From Octopus bimaculoides (Eukaryota), in contig NC_068991.1 of NCBI RefSeq assembly GCF_001194135.2, positions 36,074,258-36,133,425 of the forward strand: 59,168 nt of DNA, read 5' to 3'. Below are positions 23,351-35,420 of the stretch, piece by piece (the first letter of the stretch is position 1; each line of letters opens with the position of its first letter). Made by a program: the position numbers and the translations under genes. The notes beneath the pieces are model-generated. The model did not search any database. It saw only the letters and a program-made list of their open reading frames with translations, and was not told where the DNA came from.

Positions 23351-26300
23351 TTTAATACATATATACAATTGTCCTTTGGTTTACATGGTGGCCTGGTTCA
23401 GTGAATGCCATGCGATCATGTAAATTGAGGTATATTCACCTGTATTGGATATTAACAATAAAATAATGCACAAAAAAATCTAAGCAATTGTTTGTTTGAA
23501 TAGGGATGATAAATCATATATATATGTGTATGTGTGTCACATCTATTTTCCTGGACTGCCATGTTAACTTGGCGATAACTATTAATATCCAGTACCACTG
23601 CTGTAGTCTCGTTTAGAGAGATTTAGAAATATTAAGATATATGTGTCCACACTTCAGAGAGCATAGGTCATTTGACAGAACTTTTTATCCAAAACCTGAG
23701 ACAATAAATCTGAGAGTGGTGAACTCGGACCACTTTTCCAAATAAATAGACTTTTGGGTATTTGTAATTAATGTTTCTCCTACTAGGATCTTGGTGTATT
23801 ACCAATTGCTTTTCTCATATGAATGAATATAATGCAGGGCTTCAAGATTTTCTTATAGGATGGTAAGGCTGTCAGTGTTTTGAACTAGTCGAATAACTGT
23901 GTGTACTCAATATCTTTTTAATTTGCTACTCACCTTCCTTTTGATACCTGTGAAAAATGTAATAGTTAAGGCTTGTACTTATCACTGTCTGACAAACACA
24001 TAAACTATCCAAATGACTTAGGGAAATGAACGGGTGTCTAGAATAAATAGTCATTTTAAGAGCATTTAGACATGAGTCTAAAATTTAAACCAATGAATTA
24101 CTTTAGACAGAAATGTTGCATCTTATATTTTCTCTAAATACAGTAATTTAGTTAGAATCTTCAGTTATTTTTGTGTCTGATCATATGTTCTTATTTTTAC
24201 ATTCTAAACATTGGCATCAATGGTTACTCTAATAGTATCTTAGTTATCATCAAAAAGCTGAGACACTATTCACTATTCTTTTAGTGAAAAAGGAATAAAG
24301 GCAGTATGAGTCCATTAAGTATTGTTTTAGAACATCAAATATCCTAATGGACATTTTTTATTAAACAAATTTTATTCATAGAAACAAAATGGCTGACTCT
24401 AAGTTAGTGGACTTGTAGCTAATGTATCACAGCTTCATATCCATGGCAGGCATTTCAAGAGCTACCTTGGAAAGACAATTGTTTATGTTTCAGTTCATCT
24501 GGATGTAGGAAATAGTCACAAGAACTTTTAGAAATGCTACTGCAGCAGACAAGTATCAAATATAAGTAGACATCTGTATTTCATGTTAATTTTACTGAAT
24601 ATTGAACAAATCAGAAGGAGGTTCTTCGAGTTTTTAAAGATAATTTATACATTATAAGTATGTCTGTTTAGTAGACCAGGTTTGTTTGTGGTTGATAGAT
24701 AAATAATATATAAATGTTTAAGCATATACAAACATTTACACATTTCTATTTTCTACATTATTATATACTTACAATGTGATTCTGACTTGTATCAGAGGAA
24801 TTTATAAGTTTTTTGGCGTGATGAAAATGAATGAAAGAATCTTCTCTTTGCATATATACAGGGGTGAAATCTGGACTAAAGTTAAATGCAATTGATCTTG
24901 TATTTATTCTTAATAGCAATAGAATTGCCAAATGGAGTCAAGACCTTTGAAATGGTTGTTCAATACCAATGGCATTGAACAACCACTCAGTTATTTCACT
25001 CTTGCAAACACAATCAATCCCTATAGATCATACTCATGCATAGGAAAAATGCACTTTACCCCTTTTATTATGGTAAACAGAGTATCAACTGTCAATATAT
25101 TTACTGAAGCACTACTGGATGTACACATAATAAAACAGAATATTTGTATATTGTCACTAACCCTGCACTTTGGCCAAGATATTTAAATGTTAATGGCTCA
25201 ATCTACCTAGCTGTTAATGGAGCGTTATGATAGGGTATATTAAGAACAGATTTCACTTAAAAGCAAGAGCCATTTTATATGTAATTGATAAATAGTTCAT
25301 AAAGTTCATTAAGCTGCTTGTAAATAGTCACAATTTAATTACCTGGCAGGAATAACCTGAAAACCATACACGAGCTACTGGAAATGAAGCACATATTACA
25401 AGCAAGCGAAACCAAAATGAATAATCTTTCATTAACAAACAATTATTGTTTATTAGGGAAGCGTAAACAATTAACAAAGCTATTTGTGTTATTATTGTTG
25501 TTAGATATCTTCAGGACATTTCTTATTCAGTCAGTGAGAGGTGTAGAAAGAGCTGACAAAGGGATAATTTTATCAGTGTTAAAATCATTAGGATAATATA
25601 TAGCCTCAAAATTATTCTAAGATCGGAATTAAGAATAAAACTGTGCTTTGCTAACAAGGTCCAGTCAGGCTGAAACATCTCTAGAATTGTCACCATACTG
25701 CTGATGATTGGATCCACACATTCCATTTATAGTCAAATTTTCTTAATTAAAACTTCAAAATTAACTGCCTCATTTTGTTTTTAACTCTTCTCATGATTAA
25801 AGAATTAGAATTTCTTAGCTTACTGCATAAAGTACATTAGTGCACACTATACTGTAATAATTGCAGACTTCAACACTTTAATTAGTAAGTATACGATTTA
25901 GGAATTACAATCAATAACCTTCGTTCTAAAGCTATCGGCAAATTTCTTGATCCCTCTTTCTCTCTCTCCCTCTCACACACACATGTTTATTGTCAAATAT
26001 CTTAAGGTTTCTAGCCTTTTGATATCTGCTCTAAATGCATTATGTAGACTCTTATCATAGCTTTGATGTATGTAGAAGAAGCCTGACGTATCCACGTTTT
26101 CACTCTAGCATTTCAAGGATCTCACCAAAAGTTCCATTTATTGTGGTGGCTCTAAAATTATGGACTAGGTAGAAAGAGAGGGAGGAGAGTTTGAGACATT
26201 GTCGTTAACATCTGAAAGGAAGATTTGAGTGAACACTTACAAGGTGTCAGAGAGCTCTTTTGTACGTATCTAATAGATTAAAGAAACCAAATTCTACTCA

Positions 26301-26526
26301 ATGAATTACAATGTACCTTAATCCTGCAAATCATTTGGGGTAGCTGCCTAGAAGGGAGAAGAGAAAAGAAGGGGGCGAAAGAAAGGTAAAGTAGAGGTTT
26401 CTGGCTAGTTGAAAGTGAAGGGTGTATAGAAAGCGATGACGGAGAGAAATGTTGGTGGTGAGCGTGTGCGTACACTTCCCAAATAAGTTTATTATTCATA
26501 AATGTAAATATCATACACGTCCCACC

Positions 26527-26562
<36 letters not shown>

Positions 26563-26599
26563 AACATTAATAATGACAGAAGTAGTATCAATATCAAAA

Positions 26600-26850
26600 G
26601 TTAATATTTATCTCCCACTTAAGGTTGATGCTGATGAAGAAACAACCGATTGATTGTTTAACCAGCACATTATACAAACGATCGATTAGCCAATTCGTTA
26701 GATATTTAACCAATTCACTAATAATACAGAAGTGGCATCGAACCCAATGCGTGTGTTATTCTTATTGGCGTAATGACTCTCTCAAAACACAACCAAATAA
26801 GTTTCAACACATGAATTCACATCAAGAATATTGCAAACCAAACACAAGAA

Positions 26851-26855
<5 letters not shown>
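26600..26855 (+). mobile_element. Terminal-repeat family H ending at (TA)n (Penelope-like, inferred)
   Basis: tgcgtgtgtt...taatgactctctcaaa...tttcaacacatgaattcacatcaagaatattgca matches the reverse complement of 33331-33440; hammerhead half-core CTGATGAAG at 26631. Confidence 0.5.
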
Positions 26856-26891
<36 letters not shown>

Positions 26892-26896
<5 letters not shown>

Positions 26897-27235
26897 AAAG
26901 GGTAAAGCCCCCCGCCTCGGCCATGAATGACCATGGAACTGCACCGAAAAAGTTACCCTACGAAGCACAAGTCTGGGCAAGGTTGTTTATGGAAGACCAG
27001 CAATCGCCCATGCATACCATCCTTCCCGCTCTACACCACCGTTGTTATCCAAGAGAAAGGCAAAGGCCAATACAGCTTGACACCAGTGGCATTGCAACTC
27101 ATTTCTACAGCTGAGTGAACTGGAGCAATATGAAATAAACTGTCTTGATAAACAGCACAGCCTGGTCCGGAAATCGAACTCACTACCTCATGATTGTGAG
27201 CCCGACGCTCTAACCACCGAACCATAATGAATATG
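26892..27235 (-). mobile_element. tRNA-headed SINE sharing the family C 3' tail, ending in TTTACCCTTTTACCCT
   Basis: Minus strand: ggtggttagagcgtcggg (A box)...gagttcgatttcc (B box); 3' part matches 6284-6480. Confidence 0.85.
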
Positions 27236-27849
27236 GAGAATAATACATTTGTACAATTTTTATTTTTACAATCAATTATACAGCATATCTAACTTAAATC
27301 TGTCCGATGTAGGTTTCTGCAGCATAGACATCTCGCAATTGCGTTTGCCCTAATTTTCATAAATCTGGTCAATAGTCTGTACAGCTTATTCAAGTTTAGC
27401 CACAGTCCTGGTTTGAAGCGAACTAAAGGTATGTTGGTGTAGCTAGCATTATATTTGCAATGGTATTATAGTTTTGACCGCAAAGAATGGGAGGGGAACA
27501 TTTGGAAAACTGATACTGTTATAAAAACAGTTAACAGGTTGACCCTATAATGAACCTAGGTTTGAATTAGGCCAGAATATATTTCAACTACTAGACTTGA
27601 GTGAATTATAAATTAATGAGTTTCAGAGATATATATGAGTACAGTTATGGGTCACTAAGTCAGATATGATTTAGAGAAATGAAATATGTTGAACTTGTAA
27701 GTGCTAATCGGAATCTTTATTTATATAACAAAAGTTTCAGTTTACATGTAAATTTCGTTTTCCTCCTCGTAGATATAGGATATATATCCTAAGCATAGGA
27801 TATATAAGTGCCTTATATTATCCCTATCTATCTGTCTGTCTGTCTGTCT

Positions 27850-28149
27850 GGCGTGGCTGTGTGCTAAGAAGTTTTGTTCCCCAACCACATGTTGCCAGGT
27901 TTAGTCCCACTGCGTGGCACCTTACGTGAGTGTCTTCTACTATAGGCCCCTACCGACCAAAGCATTCAGTAGATTTGGGAGACGGAAACTGAAAGAAGGC
28001 CGTCGTTGTGGTAAGAAGCTTGCTTCATAACCACATGGTTCCAGGTTCAGTCCCACTGCGTGGCACCTTCGGTAAGAGTCTTCTGCTATAGTCACAAGTG
28101 GATTTGCCCTCTAAGTGGATTTGGTAGACGGAAACTGAAAGAGGCCCGT

Positions 28150-28188
<39 letters not shown>

Positions 28189-28370
28189 NNNNNNNNNNAT
28201 ATATATATATATATATATATACTTACATCCCCGTAACTTAGCGGTTCGACAAAAGAGACCGATAGAATAAGTACTAGGCTTACAAAGAATACATATTTGG
28301 GTCGTTTCTTCGACTAAAGGCAGTGCCCCAGTATGGCTGCAGTCCAATGACTGAAACAAGTAAAAGAATA
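27850..28370 (+). mobile_element. SINE family A with tandemly doubled 5' half
   Basis: Heads at about 27850-28005 and 28006-28150, then (TA)n and a gap, then the 3' half at 28222-28370. Confidence 0.85.
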
Positions 28371-29680
28371 TTATTATATTGGTTCATATGCTAAAACTTC
28401 GAAATCTAGATTTGATAATCATTCTCATTCATTTAAGTATAGAAGAAAAATCCTTTGGAATTTAAAAGATAAGTTATTAGTTATACATCATCGTACGGTA
28501 TTGGTAATTTTACATGTGATATTTACCTTGAACAAATGTATTATATAATTACTTCTAAATTAATTTTATTGAATTTTAATGGGAACTTTACTATAAAGTA
28601 TTGCTATAAATTTTGAAAGACATTCAAATATTTTAGTTCTTAATTATAATAGTTCTTAATATATTATATAATAAGGTTAATTCTTCTAAAACGCTTTATA
28701 CATTTAATAAAGGGATAACTAATTGTTGTGATGCAACGTTTCTAAGCTTCTAATAATCACAATATCGAATTCCTATCTTTATTTTTTATTCTTTAGTCGT
28801 CCGGTGACGTCACCAATAGTTAAATATAAAAATAGCCTTTTTCAGATTATATTTCTCTTTATTTCTAATTGTCATAATGTAGGGTTTTTTAAATATAATT
28901 TTCGTTATCCACTGAAGTCACCAATAGTTGAATATAAAAATGACATTTCTTAAATGTCTATTTTTTGTTTTCTTAAAATATTTTCGTTATCCAATGACAT
29001 CACCATTCGTCGGATGAAGGAATGTCTAAGGTTGAATTCACTTTAATCGTTCTTTTTGTTAGCGTCTATCTACTGTAATATTTCAAGTGTTCAATTCAAA
29101 TATCACTAATTTTCGATGGCCTTGATAACGTTGTGTTAAACATAAATTTTCGAAAATATAAATATAAATTTTAATGATATTTTCTATAAATATTTATGTT
29201 GCCTTTTTGCTTATATGTATTTATGTGTGTATATATATATATATNNNNNNNNNNTGACTAAAATGACTAAGGGTGCTAGTCAGCATTAATCAGTACAAAT
29301 ATTGCTAGAAATGAGAGTCAAAACAACACATAACCACAGAAAGCACTTATCTTCAGACTGACAAATGTATGCATGTATGTTAATGCGCTAGAAACGATTG
29401 TCGGCTTTATAAGGCGGGATATGTAATAAAGATATAATTTTTTTCATACATATTTGTTGTTGTTAAATACTCTGAATTTCTTAAAATTTTGACAAAGGAT
29501 ATTTTGATTAACCCTGTCATACTTGAGGATTTATCTGGGATCTGTATTCTACTTACATTTACTAGTGTCTAATTGTTGAACATTGGTAACCAAATTCTTT
29601 TAATACTGAGTTTTTTTATTGATATCAATCAGGATCTTTTAATACTTTATTTTCTTCTATATATGTGTGTGTGTGTGTGT

Positions 29681-29721
<41 letters not shown>

Positions 29722-29774
29722 TGTGTGTGCATGCGCGCGCGTATGTGTGTGTGTAAGTGTGTGTGTGTAAGTGT

Positions 29775-30094
29775 ATGAGCGTGTCTTTGTGTCTGTGTTT
29801 GTCCCACTCCAACCGCTTGACAACTGGTGCTGGTGTGTTTACGTCTCCGTAACTCAGCGGTTTGTCACAAGAGACTGATCATACTGTATGAACACAGTAT
29901 AATGACTGAAGCAAATAAAAGATAAAAGATAGGCGCAGGAGTGGCTGTGTGGTAAGTAGCTTGCTTACCAACCACATGGTTCCGGGTTCAGTCATACTGC
30001 GTGGCACCTTCGGCAAGTGTCTTCTACTATAGCCTCGTACCGACCAAAGCCTTGTGAGAGGATTCGGTGGACGGAAACTGAAAGAAGCCCGTCG
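29775..30094 (+). mobile_element. SINE family A 3' half (internally deleted) directly followed by a new family A 5' half
   Basis: 3' half 29775-29930; young head ggcgcaggagtggctgtgtggtaagtagcttgc from 29932. Confidence 0.88.
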
Positions 30095-30096
30095 TA

Positions 30097-30131
<35 letters not shown>

Positions 30132-30699
30132 NNNNNNNNNNNNNNNNNNNNNNNNNNNNNNNNNNNNNNNNNNNNNNNNNNNNNNNNNNNNNNNNNNNNN
30201 NNNNNNNNNNNNNNNNNNNNNNNNNNNNNNNNNNNNNNNNNNNNNNNNNNNNNNNNNNNNNNNNNNNNNNNNNNNNNNNNNNNNNNNNNNNNNNNNNNNN
30301 NNNNNNNNNNNNNNNNNNNNNNNNNNNNNNNNNNNNNNNNNNNNNNNNNNNNNNNNNNNNNNNNNNNNNNNNNNNNNNNNNNNNNNNNNNNNNNNNNNNN
30401 NNNNNNNNNNNNNNNNNNNNNNNNNNNNNNNNNNNNNNNNNNNNNNNNNNNNNNNNNNNNNNNNNNNNNNNNNNNNNNNNNNNNNNNNNNNNNNNNNNNN
30501 NNNNNNNNNNNNNNNNNNNNNNNNNNNNNNNNNNNNNNNNNNNNNNNNNNNNNNNNNNNNNNNNNNNNNNNNNNNNNNNNNNNNNNNNNNNNNNNNNNNN
30601 NNNNNNNNNNNNNNNNNNNNNNNNNNNNNNNNNNNNNNNNNNNNNNNNNNNNNNNNNNNNNNNNNNNNNNNNNNNNNNNNNNNNNNNNNNNNNNNNNNN

Positions 30700-31350
30700 G
30701 TTCAGAATTCCTCTTCAAAGAGGGAGAAAAATTCAAAGTTAAATCTGACTTTACTTGTGCCTCAGAAAATCTTATTTATGTAATAAGATACTCGGGCTGT
30801 CACGAAAACTACATAGGGTCCACAGGATATCGCTCAGACGCAGATGCACTCTGCATCGACAGCAGAATACCGAATGATACCCTTTAGTGAGCATATTGAG
30901 AATTGCGCAAAACAAATGCTACCACAATTTATAATCTTTCCATTCTATCAATGTACCATTAGAACACCAACACAAATTAGATTAAATAAGGAAACCCTTT
31001 TCATTCAAAAATACAAACCCAAACTTAACCATTGCTAACACATTTAAATAAGGAAATTCATCACCCCACTGAGAGGAGAAAAAAGTATAGAACAAAACCT
31101 AACATACTATTCCTTCTAAACCAAACCATGGTAAATTAATCAAAATCTACCACCTCCTACATTTAGATTATCTCCCTTATACCCGAAGAAATCCCTAATT
31201 ACCTCCCCCTATCTAGAACTCTTTTTTACACACGGGAGCGAACACATGTTACGATGAAGTAGAGACATTTGAAAAGACAACACGAAACCGGTTATTTCTC
31301 CAAATACAATGTTTATATAACAAAAAATTTTATAACATTTTTCTGACATA
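30700..31350 (+). mobile_element. Penelope-like element 3' fragment: GIY-YIG endonuclease relic plus 3' region
   Basis: FTCASENLIYVIRYSGCHENYIGSTG (frameshift) LRRRCTLHRQQ ... PFSEHIENC ... RLNKETLFIQKYKPKLNHC* (stop at 31036-31038). LIY-YIG motif with Cys/His residues typical of PLE endonucleases. Confidence 0.88.
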
Positions 31351-31489
31351 ATTTAAATATATACTTTAACNNNNNNNNNNNNNNNNNNNNNNNNNNNNNN
31401 NNNNNNNNNNNNNNNNNNNNNNNNNNNNNNNNNNNNNNNNNNNNNNNNNNNNNNNNNNNNNNNNNNNNNNNNNNNNNNNNNNNNNNNNN

Positions 31490-31509
<20 letters not shown>

Positions 31510-31522
<13 letters not shown>

Positions 31523-31722
31523 TGTGTTTGTCCCCCTAGCATTGCTTGACACCCAATGCTAGTGTGTTTATGTCCCCGTCGCCTAGCGGTTCGGCAATAG
31601 AGACCAATAGAATAATTACTAGGCTTACAAAGAATAAGTCCCGGGGTCGATTTCCTCGACTAAAGGCGGTGCTCCAGCATGGCTGCAGTCAAATGACTGA
31701 AACAAGTAAAAGAGTAAAAGAG
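31510..31722 (+). mobile_element. SINE family A 3' half (young)
   Basis: Close match to 51300-51513. Confidence 0.9.
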
Positions 31723-31828
31723 ATACTCCATAAATAAACTCACATGTAAGTGAGTGTGGGAAGATAGAAGAGAGTGCACCGAGACATCGTACCTAGACAT
31801 AGACGAAGGGGAAAATGAGTTATCAGTG

Positions 31829-32628
31829 GGGTAAAGTATATACAAATAATATATGAGTATATGCATATATATGTACATGTATGTACATACCTTCATCTAC
31901 ATGTACATATAGATGCCTATCTGGGTAGATGACGTTGTAAAAAACATGGACAAAATGATAAACAGGGTACAGAAAACACACAGGCCACATAGAGAACATT
32001 TCCTTCATCAGCTGCCCCCATTCTAACACTGGTGTTTCGAAGAGTTAGGGCAGGACGCATCGTTAAAATGGCTCTTCCCACGGACACAAATTAAATTTGT
32101 TCCATGGAGGATAGTGGCGGACGGAAAACAAGACAGGAAACCGAAACAGTGAAATGAACAAACCAAAAAGACTATACGGCCAGACGTGAAAAAGTATGTG
32201 TATATTGAACGCTGTGAAGCACGAACTGGAAGGACGAAAATGTACGTGCGAGCTTGGGGAGACCAAGATATGAAAAGAGTGAGTGACTGGACACACGTGA
32301 CCAGTGAGGGGTAGGAGAAAGAGTGGTAGAGGGAGAAAAAGGGGAGTAAGTAGCATATAAGTGAGCAACGAGAGACAGAAAGAGAAAGAGGTATATAGTA
32401 GTGAGGAGAGAGGCGAAGAACAAAAGGAAGAATGAGAGGGGGAGATAGATACAAAGATAGAAAGAGTCGTGTGAGAAAAATAAAGTTCAAAACTTAATTG
32501 CAAGGGTAACGCGTGCGTTCGATCGTGTAATACAAATAACATATGAATATATGCATATATATGTACATGTATGTACATACCATCATCTACATGTACATAT
32601 AGATGCATATCTGGGTAAAGTATATACG
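31829..32628 (-). mobile_element. Non-coding element with about 88-bp direct repeats; contains a family G terminal repeat (Penelope-like, inferred)
   Basis: Repeats at 31840-31927 and 32529-32617; GGGTAAAGTATATAC at 31829 and 32614; 31850-32045 is homologous to 34955-35135. Confidence 0.6.
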
Positions 32629-33288
32629 TCGTTATTAAAAGTGGCAGTGAATGCTGGAAAGGAAAAGATGGGTTAGAAAGTAGACACACATGCTGATTTC
32701 TCGACCTGAAATCTGTAACAGACTTTATATATATATATATGCGCGCGTGTGTACGTGTGTGTGTACGTGTTTGTGCATAAATGGATAGAGAAAAAGAGAG
32801 AGAGAGAGAGAGAGAGAGATTGGCGCGTGGGTGTGTATGTGTACATTTATGTATGTGCATGTGCATGTGTAGTATTTTAAAAGGTTGTACTGATGTAAAA
32901 AATGCAATAAAATAAATGTACCAATAAAACGACTAGTGATGATGATTTAACTCATAAATGAAACGTGTTTATATGAGGGAGGGAAGGTGTGATAAGTAAA
33001 ACATGTAAAGATGATTTATACAACCAGTGTGAATGTTTATAGAGCTGTAATCAAAGACATTCCATCTAAATTTTTAGTTTGAATTTACTGAAAATACGTC
33101 ATACGCAAAAATATTAGCAGATATGAATCACCGTTACCTTAATATAAAGAAAAAATATTTTGGGGATAATGAAACATACAGTTAAAATACACACGCACAC
33201 GCACGCACGCACAAACACACACAAACACACACACCCACAAACACACACACACACACAGAAGTATGTATGTATTTTTATGCATGTATAC

Positions 33289-33330
<42 letters not shown>

Positions 33331-33332
<2 letters not shown>

Positions 33333-33479
33333 CGTATGTGTATTTCGTGTGCAAGATTCTTGATGTGGATACATGTGTTGAAAGAAATACAATTAAACTT
33401 TGGGAGAGGCATTATGCCGGTAATAAACACACGCACTGGTCCAGTCCTTTATAATGCCTCTCCCAAGGTTTAATTGTAT
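33331..33479 (-). mobile_element. Family H fragment with a 29-bp 5' fold-back inversion, embedded in (TA)n
   Basis: Arms at 33387-33415 and 33451-33479 (1 mismatch), 35-nt spacer; homologous to 26740-26855. Confidence 0.7.
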
Positions 33480-34161
33480 ATATATATATGTNNNNNNNNN
33501 NNNNNNNNNNNNNNNNNNNNNNNNNNNNNNNNNNNNNNNNNNNNNNNNNNNNNNNNNNNNNNNNNNNNNNNNNNNNNNNNNNNNNNNNNNNNNNNNNNNN
33601 NNNNNNNNNNNNNNNNNNNNNNNNNNNNNNNNNNNNNNNNNNNNNNNNNNNNNNNNNNNNNNNNNNNNNNNNNNNNNNNNNNNNNNNNNNNNNNNNNNNN
33701 NNNNNNNNNNNNNNNNNNNNNNNNNNNNNNNNNNNNNNNNNNNNNNNNNNNNNNNNNNNNNNNNNNNNNNNNNNNNNNNNNNNNNNNNNNNNNNNNNNNN
33801 NNNNNNNNNNNNNNNNNNNNNNNNNNNNNNNNNNNNNNNNNNNNNNNNNNNNNNNNNNNNNNNNNNNNNNNNNNNNNNNNNNNNNNNNNNNNNNNNNNNN
33901 NNNNNNNNNNNNNNNNNNNNNNNNNNNNNNNNNNNNNNNNNNNNNNNNNNNNNNNNNNNNNNNNNNNNNNNNNNNNNNNNNNNNNNNNNNNNNNNNNNNN
34001 NNNNNNNNNNNNNNNNNNNNNNNNNNNNNNNNNNNNNNNNNNNNNNNNNNNNNNNNNNNNNNNNNNNNNNNNNNNNNNNNNNNNNNNNNNNNNNNNNNNN
34101 NNNNNNNNNACAACAAGAAGGTGTATTAGTTTGACGCTCGGGAAAATGAAAATGAAGAAGT

Positions 34162-34198
34162 ATTTTACGTTTCGAGCCTACGCTCTTCAACAGAAAGG
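34162..34198 (-). ncRNA. Minimal hammerhead-like motif with variant core (CUGUUGA)
   Basis: Minus strand CCTTT-CTGTTGA-A-GAGC/GTAG/GCTC-GAAA-CG-TA^AAAT. Confidence 0.6.
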
Positions 34199-34264
34199 AA
34201 TAAGAGAGAAAAATAAACAGAGAGAATGAAAAAAAACCCTGTAGATTTATCGATCAAGCATGAC

Positions 34265-34307
<43 letters not shown>

Positions 34308-34621
34308 TGTATGTATAATGTACATGTGTGTATGTATTTGAAAACTGATTTTCCACAATGAAAAGCCTTACTAATCATCCAGTAGCTAAGCATTTCATTC
34401 GGCGTGCTAACGATTCTACCAGCTCGCCGCCTTACACTAACAATTATAGTAATAGTAATAGTAACAGCAGTAATCTTAACCACGATAATACTCGTAATAA
34501 GTATGCTGTTAATGGAGCTGATGACATGAATAATAAATTTAGTAGAAACGTAAAAATAGCAATAGTAAGAAAATACCAAAGAATGCATCTAATGCATCTC
34601 TAAGAAAATGACTATATACTA

Positions 34622-34686
<65 letters not shown>

Positions 34687-34718
34687 CACANNNNNNNNNN
34701 ATATATATACACATACAC

Positions 34719-34768
<50 letters not shown>

Positions 34769-34814
34769 GTGCGTGTGTGTGTGTGTATGTATGTATATAT
34801 GTATGTATGTATGT

Positions 34815-34876
34815 AAGTTACGGAGCCGTAAAAACACCAACATCGGTGTCAGGTGATGGTGTGGGGACAAACACAA

Positions 34877-34914
<38 letters not shown>

Positions 34915-34955
34915 GGCGGGCTTCTTTCAATTTCCGTCTACCAAATCCACTCACT
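34815..34955 (-). mobile_element. SINE family A central part with internal (CA)n
   Basis: gttacggagccgtaaaaacaccaacatcggt...ggggacaaacac(ac)n atacggcgggcttctttcaatttccgtctaccaaatccactcac. Confidence 0.8.
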
Positions 34956-35134
34956 CCTTCGATACGCTGAGTACATAAAACAGGGGACAACTGATAATGG
35001 GAATGCTCTTTTGCCTGTCTCGTTTCTCTATTTGTTTCTTTCGTTGTTCGAAAAAAAGTTCGTTTTCTATGTTTTTTTATGTTCTCGTTTCTCTTTTTGT
35101 TCACGTTTTTTTGATGTCCTGTACCCATATATGC

Positions 35135-35135
<1 letters not shown>
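34955..35135 (+). mobile_element. Terminal-repeat family G copy ending in (TA)n
   Basis: ...acaactgataatggg...ttttgttcacgtttttttgatgtcctgtacccatatatgc; homologous to 31850-32045 and 2444-2556. Confidence 0.55.
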
Positions 35136-35202
<67 letters not shown>

Positions 35203-35366
35203 GCACATACTTATATATTATTAATATTATTATTTGTATGTATGTATGGATGTATGTATGCATGTATGTATATAGTGACTGAGAGTGCAGGGTAGCACCT
35301 ACATTGCAAGAAACAAGGGTGAAAGACCCTTATAACCACAAAAAACACATTGTCTAAACACTGATA

Positions 35367-35420
35367 ATGGAGGTAACCACCCCGCAACGAGCGTGCTCGT
35401 TGTGGCGCGGTTATCTCCAT
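35367..35420 (+). other. GC-rich 54-nt hairpin with two G-U pairs
   Basis: ATGGAGGTAACC-ACCC-CGCAACGAGC-GT-GCTCGTTGTG-GCGC-GGTTATCTCCAT. Confidence 0.75.

Noticed and set aside
26631-26665. CTGATGAAG plus a 6-bp stem
   Set aside because: GAAA and stem III are missing; only a remnant.
29879-29905. Small palindromes at the deletion junction in a SINE A 3' half
   Set aside because: Short (6-7 bp); compatible with chance or local repair.
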